Positions 25,150-37,265 of a DNA stretch of 64,000 nucleotides are shown piece after piece. The stretch covers positions 11,408,001-11,472,000 of the forward strand of contig OU015567.1 of assembly GCA_907165135.1 (NCBI GenBank). Reading direction: 5' to 3'. The stretch is from Oikopleura dioica (lineage: Eukaryota; Animalia; Chordata). Positions within the stretch are counted from its first letter, which is position 1; every line of letters begins with the position of its first letter. The notes below the pieces were generated by a model. The model was given only the letters and a program-made list of their open reading frames with translations, did no database searches and was not told the DNA's origin. The position numbers were made by a program, and so were the translations under genes.

Positions 25150-26032
25150 AAACTTTTAGTACCATTTAGAGATTCTTGACCGCATTTTAATTAATCGTGT
25201 TTCTCTTTTAAAAAAATCTTCTGGAACTCCTTCGACGTTGAAATTCGGTCGCCAATTCGAAAGTTTACGATTTACGCAAATATTCTTTATTTACGCCCAT
25301 ATTCTGTTTGCTCGATTTTCAAGCAGAAATTTATCTAGTTGATGCTTTTGTGAATGAACTTTGAGCTTTCTTTGTTTAAATAATCTGATGCACACAAACT
25401 GGGGTCAATAACGTTCATGGGGTCCAAAAGACCCCAAAAGTCCAATTTTACTTTTGGATATTTTCAATATGCTTTTAAGAAAATCAGATATTTTCAAGAG
25501 GGGTCTAATCAGATCTCCACTTTCGCTACTTGGAATTTTCAAGAGCAAACGTTAGCTTCTTCCCCTCAAGTTTGTCATTTTCGCCTCGCTTTAGAGTTGA
25601 TCTTAGCTTTCACTGTTTTCAGAAGAAGCCAGAGGAATCCTATTACGGTGGCTGATGCCAGAACAGACTTGATTTCGCGGTCCGGCGTAAATACCAGCAG
25701 ATAATTGCCCTTTCTTCTGCTCCAAAAAGGGGGAGGCCAAATAGCAGGCAACCGAAAAGTACCTTGTCATGACCACTAGAAGAGTATTTTGGACGTTCCA
25801 TTGATTAGTTATTAACGAATCTCGGTACCAAATTTGAAGGGCAAATTTCTCGTCCTCTTATGTTCAAAATACGGATATACCGGATATTTAAAAAAAGTGG
25901 GTCAAACGGTCGCAAATTTTTCAGATCCCCTGCGCATATTCCATAATGTACAGATACCAATGTTCACGTTCAAGGATTGATTCCAATTTACAAGCATTTT
26001 AATCTTGAATACAACTTATAATTCAACTATCA

Positions 26033-26686
26033 TTAAGGACCCCTCCGTCATCCGAAAACAACTTTTTTGAACATTGATTTCGAAGTGATCCCCTTAAGAT
26101 TTTAGAAAAATTTTAGTCTCACAGTATAGCCCGATAGTTGCTCTAGGGCACCCGGAGTACAAGAGTGCTCGTCCACTTCTTAAGGGTGTCGTTAGGATAG
26201 GTTAAAATTTCAAACATTGATTTTTCTGTGATACCCTTAAGTTACAAATAATTTTTAAAATGAAAAATAAAGCTTAAGTCAACCTTGAGGGCACCACTAT
26301 GTTATTTTAGAAATTTATTAAAAGTTTCACTTGAAAAATGATTTTTGATTTTTAACGTAAAATTGATGAAAACAACAAAATTTTTATAAACACTCCATAA
26401 AAAATAATAATTTATGTTATTTACAAATTTAAACATGCTTCCCCAATGTAAAACTACCAAAAAATACGTGATTTTCACATTTTCCGTGAAAATGTTACTC
26501 GCGCCTAGTACGCTCTCAGCGCTCCACCATTACAAATATCAAAACTTTAACTCAAGTTTTAAGGGTGTTAGAGTGGAGATAGGGCGACAAAAAATGAAGC
26601 GAAAAATAGTTTTTCGGCACGAGGAATCGAATCTGAGGTCAAAATTTAAAAATTCGGAATTTTCAAATCTTGACGGGGGTCCTTAA
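26033..26686. mobile_element. Non-autonomous MITE with TTAA-GG..CC-TTAA ends (Kolobok-like)
   Basis: Left end TTAAGGACCCCTCCGTCA; right end TGACGGGGGTCCTTAA (imperfect TIR). Internal repeats ACATTGATTT..GTGAT.CCCTTAAG. Confidence 0.65.
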
Positions 26687-27122
26687 AAGCGTGTAGTCGG
26701 CATGTCTGGAATATATCCATCTGACCTCATTTTTGAAGTAATTTAAGGATACTGAACTTAAGGTTAGTAAAGAGCCTCGTGAATATGTTCATTAATTTTT
26801 ACAAAGGATTATGATTATCTCAACGAAAATAACGGCGAAAATATTGATTTCTTATTCGTTATTACTTAAAACACATGAAAAAATGAGATCGACCTAATAA
26901 TTTTGATTAGCAGCTTAAATTTAGAGGCGCCCAAGTGACCAACACAATACCTGACATTTTTAGGAGCTCCAGAATTCTGGTGGAGTTTTGGCTTCCTGGC
27001 ACCAGGGTGGCGCTGTTCAAAGCGCAGTTAACCGCAGCAAAGGAAGCTTCTCTCACCCAGAGCACACCGAGATCGAATACCGATACTTACGTTATTACTT
27101 TTCAAGAGATTACTTTACTCTG

Positions 27123-29180
27123 ATGAAGCTTGCTAGTTTACTTTTCAGCACTACAGTCTCTGCGATAAGGTAAGATTAATTTCCAAAAAAAAAATAACAG
27201 CATTTTACTTCCTTTCTTCTGATGGAATAAGTTGTATTGCCAAATTCTTAATTTACTTCTTCTCTCTTCTTAACAATTTTTTAGTCATTTTGAGATTAAA
27301 ACGGAATATTTTGATTTTTAAGTCTCCTACTTTTAAATACTTGGTATTCTACAGATAAGAGTCTTATCATAATACAGACTGAAATCTTGAAATTTCCGTT
27401 TCTATGTGTTTTCACTTTCTAAGATACGATGACTAAAGGCTTATTTAGTTTTAAGTACTTGAGGAATCCGATTTAACTATTTACCTACTATTTTTTGATC
27501 AAAAGAATTTGCCCTAAAATTGGCGAAAAAGCCGATTACTTGTCCGATGAGAAATTTTGCATTTGAGTACAGAAATTTAATAAAACGTTGACATTTTAGC
27601 ATCCAGCCTCCAGCGGACGTCAGAGAATTGGTAAGGGCTTTGTATCTTATTGAATTTGTTTCAAAGGTTACCTTCTAGCTCGATGAGAGGCAATCTTGCG
27701 CACCAAAGACTCATGTGTTCTTTCATAAAAAGCACAAGTCAGCTAGCTCGACACTTTCGGCAATAATGAAGGATTGGTCGAAGAAGAACAGGATGAAGAT
27801 GGCGAAAACACCCGTTCCAGCATTTCTCGGAGGCTATCCAGCTTCTTTCAACGACACGCTTGTCCGAGGCCTGCCCGACGACGACGGTAAGTTTGACGTG
27901 ATCTTACACCATCTTAGATTCGACGAACAAAATCTCCAGAAAGTCCTCTACGACGATACAGTCTACATGACCTCGATGCGATCTCCTCTAAGCCACTTTG
28001 TCTCCGCATTTGAATTCTTTTACAAACGATTTGCCAACACTGAAAACATGGAAAACCGCGCTAAAGGCGAAAGTCTCATTTGCTGGGGCGCACCATACAT
28101 GCAAATTTTAAATAATGAAATTGGAAAGACAGCGAATGATTTCATCGCAACTGTTGGCGATAACTACGATCCAAACATGCCCTGGCATTTCAGAGCCAAA
28201 AACTTTCAGGGGTATGAGTTGGGCTTTGACACGATGCTAGAATCGGATGAAGAAATTGAAAACGCTTGGGAACTGACAGATCGACGATTCGATTTGATCA
28301 TGATCACCGAGTACTACTGGGAGAGCCTGATCCTGATGAAGGTAAGAAATCGGCATTTTTGTGTGAAAACAACTGTAACTCTAATGCGCCTTTTTCGGTG
28401 ACGGTTCCATTCTTCCCGCGCGACCTTTTGGTCCGATCAAAAGCGGTTCTTTGCTCCACAGACCGAGAACTTACGTAATCCTCCTTACTCAGGACTTGCT
28501 CTGCATGAGCTGGATCGACTTGTATATCGACTCAAGGACCGTAGGCGCCTATGAGAAGCCGACGTTTACCGAATCTGAAGTGGCGAAGTTCAAAGATTTC
28601 AACAGACTTGATGAGTTTATTTACCAAAAGGAGGGTTTTCTCGTCCTCGAGTTTTTTGAAAAATTTTCTTGACAATTTCAAAATCCTAAATATCAGTCAA
28701 ACTCAACATTCTGGGATCGAGTTCAAGAGCGGCCAGGAGGAGTGACGAAAATGGAAGCAGACGTCGCAAAATTGAAGGTACCGATGCTTGAAAATTTTAA
28801 GTTGCCGTTTCCGCTTTTCTGAAGTTTTGAGAAGTCAACTTTTTTAAGAGTCTCTACGCATTTTGTAACGATAATGTCAAAGAATGCTACGATATCAAGA
28901 TGTCAAAGAAAGCTCCTAGATCCAAAAGAGTGAGATAACTTTGGCATAATGACGTTTTTAACTGTTCTAGGCAACTGTTGAGGAGGTTCCAACTTATGAT
29001 ACAAGAGTTGAACTGATCGATGGAATCATGGAGGCGATGGAGCATGGCTACGGCTCATGTGATCTTGGATTTTATCAGGCAAGTGAACAGTCTTGAAAGT
29101 TTAACAATAATTTCGTCCAGAGATACAAAGATGCAAGTCCAGGCGAACGAGAAGCCCTAGCCAACATTGATACATTATAA
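27123..29180 (+). CDS. GAL3ST: Galactose-3-O-sulfotransferase-like protein
   Basis: 5'-PSB motif FFHKKHKSASST, 3'-PB-like TSMRSPLSHFVSAFEF, RFDLIMITEYYWESLILMK|DLLC, and FNRLDEFIYQK|SNSTFW. Signal-like MKLASLLFSTTVSA. Confidence 0.85.
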
Positions 29181-29621
29181 GATATTTCGAAAAGCGAAAG
29201 TTTTTTTTTAATATCAGCACTTCTGTACATTCTTCTGTATAAATACGAATTCAATAAAGACTCAAATCCTGATGGATGTTATTAGAAAACAAGATTACTA
29301 TTTTGAAAAGACGCCTGATTTGAAAAGGAAGGACTTTTTTGTTTCATTTGAATGATCGAGTTTAACGACTTGAAAAGATGATGATTTGAGTTGATTTTAT
29401 TGAAATTGAGAAAGATAAACAAACTCAAGGGAAAGAAGAAAATTCGAAAAGAGAGATGTTCAAGAAAATTCTTCGGTATGCTTTTATAAATTGATATTTG
29501 AACTTTAGCCACGTCCTCCTAGGACAACTTAGACGAGATCGTCAAAACACATCTTTTGTCTATGAATATTCCGCGTTCTATAGAACGAAATTCTCCCTCG
29601 CCCGCTTAGTATTTCCTTGTT

Positions 29622-30500
29622 ATGCACAGATGCTTGTCAGTGTGCTGCGTTTCACTTTTTATCCCTAGCCCGAAAGACAAGAAAAAAGAAAGAGACTCAA
29701 AAGAGGAGAAAAATTCAGTGGCTCTCTACTTGCTCCAGGAAAAAGTGGGTTCTCTTCCTTGATTTCAACTGTGAAAAAAGGCCTTTTTGATGAGGAAGAA
29801 CCGTGAAAAGGAAAAGTTTGAAAGAGATGAAATCGACTTTGAGAAAATGGTCCGGATACCAAGCGGAATTGACCCGCGAGAATGGATTGCGACCCATACT
29901 TTAGGACTATTCCACAATATTAACCAGCTTTACGATGCGATTTCCGAAGTTTGCACCCACTGTAGAAACATGAATGGCCCAGAAAAGCGACGTTTTACCT
30001 GGGAAAGGCTTGATAAAAAACAATTTTTAGTAACAAAGTGCGATTTTATAAGCCAAAAACTAAGACCGACGACCGAGGGAAAGCGATTAAGTATTCTGCG
30101 CCGCAGCATTGTGCCATGGTTTTCAGTTATTGTCAGGATAAGCTTAGTGACACGACGCTCTTCCCGACTAAATTTGGTAACGAAAGAAAACTTCTTTGGC
30201 AGACTCCATTCTCATTTAGGGTTGGACTTTCCAGATGATTTCATTGACCAAGTTCAAGTGATCATCTTTCATTTATGGACTGTCATTTGTCATATTTATC
30301 AAAATCACTGGACCGATGTACAGGTAATTCCAATCTTTTCGATTTAATTCTGAGTTTTTTTAAAGAATCTGAAGCTAAAGAATCAGCTGAACCTCATTTT
30401 CCTACACTTCTTCAACTTCGCAAAGGAACATGCAGTCGTTCCACTAGAAGAGCTTCTTCTTCTCGAACCTCTTTTTAGAGTTCTTACTTGCCAAAACTGA
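29622..30500 (+). CDS. MOB2: MOB kinase activator (MOB2-like); start approximate
   Basis: VRIPSGIDPREWIATHT..LYDAISEVCT..C..M.GP..FTW|TDDRGK..SAPQH..LFPTKFG|LDFP..HIYQNHW..LNLIFLHFFNFAKEH..LEPL. Confidence 0.9.
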
Positions 30501-30683
30501 CAATAAAGTAATAATCATTTTGATTCAATTCTCGCAAAAAAACCTTGAAATTCTTTGAAATGATTATTTTTAAGTTTATTTGGCTTTCAAAAGAATAAAT
30601 ACAGAGTTTGTTCAATTTGATCAAATGTATAAAATTGAGGCAGGATCGTGGGTTGATCTTGTTAATGTCACTGGTGGCGTTTG

Positions 30684-32969
30684 TCATAAATTCGTGATAG
30701 TTTGTGGCTTATTACGGCTCTTCTCAGCATTAGTGGGCGAATTAGCGGACAATGCGGTTACTGTAATGGGCGCGGCAGTTCCCTTTGGCTTTAGCTTCAT
30801 ACCTTGTCAATTATTTAAAACACATACACAATTGCACTCGGCAGATATCCACTAGGCTTTTAATTGATCTGTCAGACTTACTTATTCTGCTGATTTTCTT
30901 TTCCAATTTCTCCATTTTTGGAGACTTCTCTTTCTCCTTCTTCTGGCTTTTCACCATTGGCGTCGGGGGAGGAGGCGCTTCTCGTTGAGGAGAAACTCTG
31001 GAAACCTCTCCTTCCGGTGAACTTGTCGTTGTTTCTCCGAGGGCCTTTTCAAGAATCTTCGGATCTACAGAGCCTCCATTGATCCCCCAGCTTGTTATTC
31101 TTGACGGGTCTAATAAAAGCTCTTACGAAACAAATAAATTAATCTTCAATCGAGAGTTAAATTAAATTGCGATTGAAAATAATTTTTATTATCGAATCGA
31201 TGTCGTATCGACTTTTATTATTTACATAAGCTCTGTTATAAAATGCATTACCAAGCTCAACCGGGCGCATTTCCCCGGTTTTTGTATTCACGACCATCAT
31301 CCTTCCAGGCGGAAACATTGGCGGAACCGAAGCACGATGTGGCACAATTGGGGAAGATTTTTCATAATCGGAAATGTTTATTTTTGTTGGGATTCCATTT
31401 TGGTTGAAAATCTCCGGAGGGGAGGAGGAAAGTGCGCGCCGCCATTTTGCTGAGTTTGGTGATATTGCAGTTGTTGTTGTTGCTTATTTGCTTTGGAAGA
31501 TGTCGTTGTTGAACCCTTTGAATAATTCAAATGAATTATAAAGAAGAAAAATTGGAATTAATTAATGGTAGGGCGAGGAAATGATAAATTGTTTGGAATG
31601 GAACTCACAATTTCCTTCTTCGGGGTAATTAGTCGATCCGCTGCGCACAAATGAGCATCTCCGAAAAAGAAACAGATGGAAGAAAAGAGCGAAATGGTCA
31701 TTGCCAGCCAGCCAGTGTAAAGTGATCTTCCGTAGACAAAGACGAAACGACCGCGACTCTCCAAAAGTGGAAATTTACTTTGTGTTTTGATGGACTGAAT
31801 ATATCCTCATTAGAAATCAGCTTTCAATTATTCATTTCTCAAAGAAGAATATTTTCAATCAAAACTTAAAGTTAGCGCTAATGAAGTGCTAATTTTCAAT
31901 TTTTAAAGTTGAAGATTCTAGGCTTATCAGTAGACACGTAGTATTCTTGTCAGGTTTTACCTCCCAGTAATCGTCTGAAGTCTGTTTGGCAAAGATACTA
32001 ACGGCTATCCCCACAAACATTCCAGAAAGCATCATTAGCGCGGCTGAAATCCAGATGATCACCCTCTTGACGCAGCCTTGCTTTTGCAAATTGGTACAAG
32101 CAAGGCCAAACGGCGCCAAGGTCAGCGCCAAACCACCAGCAGATATCGATAAAAGAGTGAGGATTCTACCGGCTTGATGAAAGAAAAAGACATAAATTAA
32201 TGCTGCGTATAGTATTGATCGAACCTTGAACTTCGGACTCCAGCCGGAAAAATGAGACGGATATTGCTTCGCAACCTTTATTCAAGGGTCTACTTTTTAA
32301 TCCTTTTTTCGATGTAAAAAATCTTATATAAATTTATGGCTCAAATAAGGCGCCGTTCTTATGTTTTATTGAACGAAATAACGCTTTTGCTTTCAAAACT
32401 GAAGGTTCCAAGTTCTTTTTCTAAGTTATTCTTTTTATTGTTGACGGACTTTTATTTGAGACTTATACGAAAACAATTTTGGTAAAGAACGATAACACAT
32501 GCGCCAAGAAGAAGTATAAAACCGTAATACGCGGGGCAATGAGCGCTTGTTCTCGTCAATAAAAAGCGTGATAGACCCGTCACAAATTGCCCTTCAAGAG
32601 GACCCAAGTCGCAAGTGAGCCACAGTCCGCGAGCGTGAACTCTCCCCTGGAATTTTACTTCTGTTTCGTCACCTTTTCGACAGAATTGATGAATGCTTCA
32701 TTTAAAGAGTTATCGAACAGTCAATCGTCTATTTTGTTGGTCTTTTCATCAATTCCTGTATGCTTCCAATCTGGCAGTAAAGTGGTGATAACTGATAAGC
32801 AAGTTCCGAGAACGCTCAATAAATAACCGACGACCTAGAAGGCAGAAAAGGTCAATTACACTGAATTCGACCATGATTGAGCCGCGCGGGGCCAGTTAAT
32901 TAAAATCATCCTTGATCATTTCTAATTAGCCAAAAAATACAATTGCCTCAATAAATTACCTGCAGCCAT
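30684..32969 (-). CDS. CLDN: Claudin-family tetraspan with long cytoplasmic tail
   Basis: TM1 VVGYLLSVLGTCLSVITTLLPDWK; ECL1 GLWLTC; VQ|AGRIL; GLACT; TM4 YGRSLYTGW; tail exons ending KPQTITNL*. Confidence 0.8.
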
Positions 32970-33841
32970 TTTATCCACATTCTTCGAAATCGCCTCTCTC
33001 ACTATTAGACTCTCTTTTTCGGTTTCAACATCAGTTCTTTGTGTTCTTACAGGTTGCCTTCTCTGTGGCAGCGAAAAAGACAAACCATGCGAAATTCGCG
33101 CCGCGGGTGAGGTCGTTCCCTTACCGTATGTTGCGGCGCAAGAGAGCGGCAATCGGCGCAATGCGAAAAAAGGATGAAATATTGGCTCTGAAGGTCAATG
33201 GGTTCTCTTCCCTTATGATAAGGGTGATCAAATTAGCACAGTGATCTCTTTCACTGATTTCCATTGTAGACTGCAGTAAAATTGGTTCCTTCTAAATCAA
33301 TTGAGTGTAATACAACATAATGTTATTTCAGCAACTTCGACTTTCAGACGGTTTTTAAGACTTGTTATGACTAAGACATGAATTCAAGTAAAAAGAAATT
33401 GAATAATGTTCGATAATCGAGTATAGGAACATAATTTGAATTTCCAATATCCGAGTAAATACACAACAATATGGGCGACTAAAACTGGATCGATTTTGTC
33501 ATTAGTTTTAGTTTTTTTTTTTCAAATTGCACGTCAACTGCTTCCCGATATGTCTGAAGATTTTTAATTTTTAATCAAATGTCATCGAAGACAAGTTGTT
33601 TGAAAACAATCTTCAATAATTTTTCGCTTTATCAATTAGCAATCGAGCAGGCATTTTCAAAAAAATAACACTTTAATTATTCAATCAAATTTTTATAAGT
33701 AAAAAAGGGATTCCCTAACCCTAACCCTAGCGTGGTAAGAAATTATTTGACTTGAGAAATGTTATCGTAAATAATGATTTTCGAGAACACTTATTGTTGA
33801 TCATTGTCGTCAAGAGCAATTACAAACAAACGACAGAAAAA

Positions 33842-35996
33842 ATGAGAGATACAGACACAGAAGACGAGGAAAGATTGATAAATTTCGAAAATATGACTTT
33901 TTGAAATCCTGATTTTTACAAAATTTTTTCAATCTTTTTCGAGCCCAGGTCAAGTTCTGCATCGTCCCTTGGAATTCCCATCGACTCCTTGTCTATAGAA
34001 AATATTTCCAGCAAGAAAAAAGAAGAGAAAATCGAACTGGACTATTCAAGGTCGAAAAGCAGAAGGGTTGAATCTGGGAGTGAATCAGATGCATCGAAAA
34101 ACGACATGTTTACTTTCAGAGAGATTAGGTACAGTTTACGATTTTTGCTTATTGTAGAGAGGCGGGTGTTTTGATTCTTTGGGGCTTTGTGTTTTGAGAA
34201 TGACGCCCATGATTTTGTTCTTGATCAAATATCGCGCTCTGTTTTAGTAATCGTTCTTTTAGCAAATTCTGCGCCAGAGCTCATCACAGTTTCAATGCTA
34301 AACCACACATGACAATGTCCTTCAGGTACTTTTTCATTATAACATGAAACACTAAAGTTTATTTTTAAGCGAGTGGTCTGGAAACGAATATTCGCTGCTG
34401 CTATCCGACTTGCAAAGAGAAAAAGAAAACCTGGAAAAGAAACAATCAGAAGCGAAGATTCGCCCGTTTTCAAGCTCAAAGCTTCACACTCGCCGCTCAT
34501 CGAAAAAGCTAAAGTCGGCCCACTCGACACCAAATGTCAACACCTATCTTCGGAAAAACACAAGTTCGGGGACGATTTCGGAAGGCATGCCGTCTGGTTA
34601 TAATGATTTTATGAGGAAGAAAGTTGCCCTCAGTGTTGCAGTACAGGTAAAGTCAGATAATGATGACTAGTAGTCATTGACTACAGTAATGAAAACTTTT
34701 ATTTTTTTTCCAGAAAAATCTATTTTTGGAGTTTTGTTAGGTCGTTATGCTTAAATTGTGTCAGCCAAGAATATAAAATTACATTAAATTTACAATAAAA
34801 GTACATAAAAACATCAAAAAAAACCTTAAAGATTGTAAAATATTTAAGGCTTGTAAATTCCGCCTCATTAGATTTTCTAACATGCTTGAATCAAAAACCT
34901 TATCTCGAGTTTAAGGATATACACTACCAATTCCAGCACTTTCCGCATACAAACAGCCATATTGGACATTACAGGGACACAGTAACAAGAAAAATCATCA
35001 GCGTCGCGATGGAGCAACAGTCTCCCAGTGTTTTGGTAAGACAGTCGTTTCGAATCGTAATTATTATTTCGCAAATATAATTACGAGCACGTATTCTAGA
35101 ATGCATCCCCTAAACGGCTCACCTCCGCTCTTTCGGAGATTCCTGGAAGCCTGAAACTCCTGGATCGGAAGGAAATGGGTTGAATTTTATCAAATTTAAA
35201 ATTTTGACATTTCAAAATTTTGTTTCTTATTTTCACATTTTTCGACCTTGTTCAGGCGGAAGTGTTAGAGCCAGTGGCGAACGCTGCGAAGCCACTACAG
35301 GTGAACTTTACGGCTAAGAAAGAAGGGAACTCGCCTGGGAAAGGCCCGGGTGACTTGAGTCTTTATTTTTTTGAGCATTTTTACCCATTTGATAAGAAAT
35401 TGAGCACAACGACACTGTATAGCTCGATCAATCACCCCGATAAGGAAAGAAGAAGAAGTCAGGGACGCGTAAAGGTCGTGAACGTGTGTTGGGAAAGTGC
35501 TCAACCGGAGCAACCAGAGAAGCTAAAGCAGTCCTGGGTGCTCAACTCGACTTCGTCTTCCTCAAGGTTGATTTGACGTCCTTGTTATTTGTCAAAAGAA
35601 AATTTAGGGACACCGATCTGAAAAGCACAAAAAAGGGAAAGAGCCACGACTCGAACCTTGTACCAGAAAGATTTCTCAACCACCGTCAAGAAATCAGGAA
35701 GCTCCTCCAAAATCTCAACCGAAGAACTTCCCCGAGCATCCAGAACATTCGAGCGGTTACTTTAAACCTAGAGGTATCCGGTCGATCCGTCTTGTTTGTT
35801 ATCAGTTTTTAGGTATCCAACAAAAAAGGCCAGTTAGGGACCCTCCTCCGGTAGAAAGACCGCTCGATTTTGGCGATTTGGTTCAGACAACTTCCTTACT
35901 ACGAAAGGTACTGTATCGTCTCACAAATTTTAATATTCGTTAACTCTTTTCAAGGTTTCAGATGTTAAATTGCCACCGCTTCGTCCAAATCTTTAG
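33842..35996 (+). CDS. Orphan multi-exon hydrophilic protein (possibly two genes)
   Basis: Chain of open exons bounded by splice sites, from MRDTDTEDEER to VSDVKLPPLRPNL*. No domain recognised. Confidence 0.45.
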
Positions 35997-36344
35997 CCAC
36001 AAGAAAAAAAAATCACACAAGTATTTTCTCATTTACTGCCAGCCACACGTCACTACAGTATAATAAAACACAAGCACAATATTCCTATATGTCCGAGTCA
36101 CAAATAACAATAAAAAGCGGATTTCTTTGTGCCGAGAGAGCGTCAATTCTGTCACGAGTAAGCTTATGCTCCCAATCAGTTAGACAAATATAGAGATGAT
36201 CTTATTACGCGCATATGCCACTAATAAAAATAATTCGCCAATAGAGCATGTGAAATTTTATGAAAAATGTTTTTAACGAGGAAGCATTTTTTTAAATTTT
36301 ATTAGTTTTCTTAGGATCGTCAAGTCAGTCAACTATTAGTTTAC

Positions 36345-36932
36345 TCAAATCGTCTCCAGTGATGAAGATGTGGCTCAGTGAAATGAGGCTCAGTGAATGC
36401 GGCCCGAACATGTCTCATTTGCGAATGCGGGCTCATTTTTATCGTATCGTAAATATTGTTCTAAAATGATTATAAGGTTTTGATTCTTGGTTTTTAACTC
36501 ACGTAGAGCTCATCCTCGATGTTTCCGGCAGTGTATTGGGCGACCAAAAGCTGTCTGTTGACTTCAGCCGATTCAATATCCATGAAATTCTGAATCACTC
36601 AATAATTAGAATCATTAATAAATTAACATTCGTACCTGATGGCTAAGACTTCGTCGAACCAAGAATCCCTTGCAGGAAAAAAGCAAAAAGTTGAAAATAA
36701 ATTTCATTTTCGAGAAGGTTTTTAAGTTTTTTAATTGTTTTACTATTCCAATTGAAGAAGTACTTTGTGATATCTTCCTCCCAAGCTGCCGACTTTTATA
36801 TCTTTTTTTTGTGGCGCTCTTTCTCAGAAAATTATATAATAATATTACCGTAAGTTGCGCGTAGAGAATATATGTTTATGAATATACGCACAAATTTTAC
36901 GATAACTCTTGGATTAGATGAACTGATTTCAT
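36345..36932 (-). CDS. Small orphan multi-exon gene; 3' end approximate
   Basis: MKSVHLIQELS|..|DSWFDEVLAIR|..FMDIESAEVNRQLLVAQYTAGNIEDELY|gtgagt. Confidence 0.4.
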
Positions 36933-37265
36933 TTAATGATATCCTCTTTTTTAAAGAATCGAAAAGACGAAACGGAGTATGGTATGTACAAAATGCGTGT
37001 AATTTATTTAAACATTAGTTAGGTTAGAATTGGTTCGGGTTCAGGTTAAGAATGAAACATATGATAACATGAGATTGCGGCGCTCGAGCATCCGCGGTAT
37101 CTTTCTAAAGAGAAATTTTGTTTTTTGTTGTGTTTAGCGGTTAGGTGTTCAGTTATGTTAGATGAGGATTAGTCGAGTTAGTCGGGGTTAGTGTGTTAGT
37201 ATTCAGTTAAGGAGGGGTGAACAGTTATTTTTGGGCAGAAAAAAGGCTTCTCAAAATGTGGCCAT

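Noticed and set aside
33713-33730. CCCTAACCCTAACCCTAG interstitial telomeric repeat
   Set aside because: Only about 3 units; too short to distinguish from chance or a minor repair scar.
37130-37210. TTAG-rich tract as a degenerate telomere
   Set aside because: No TTAGGG periodicity; better explained as ACUAAY motifs in a 3'UTR.
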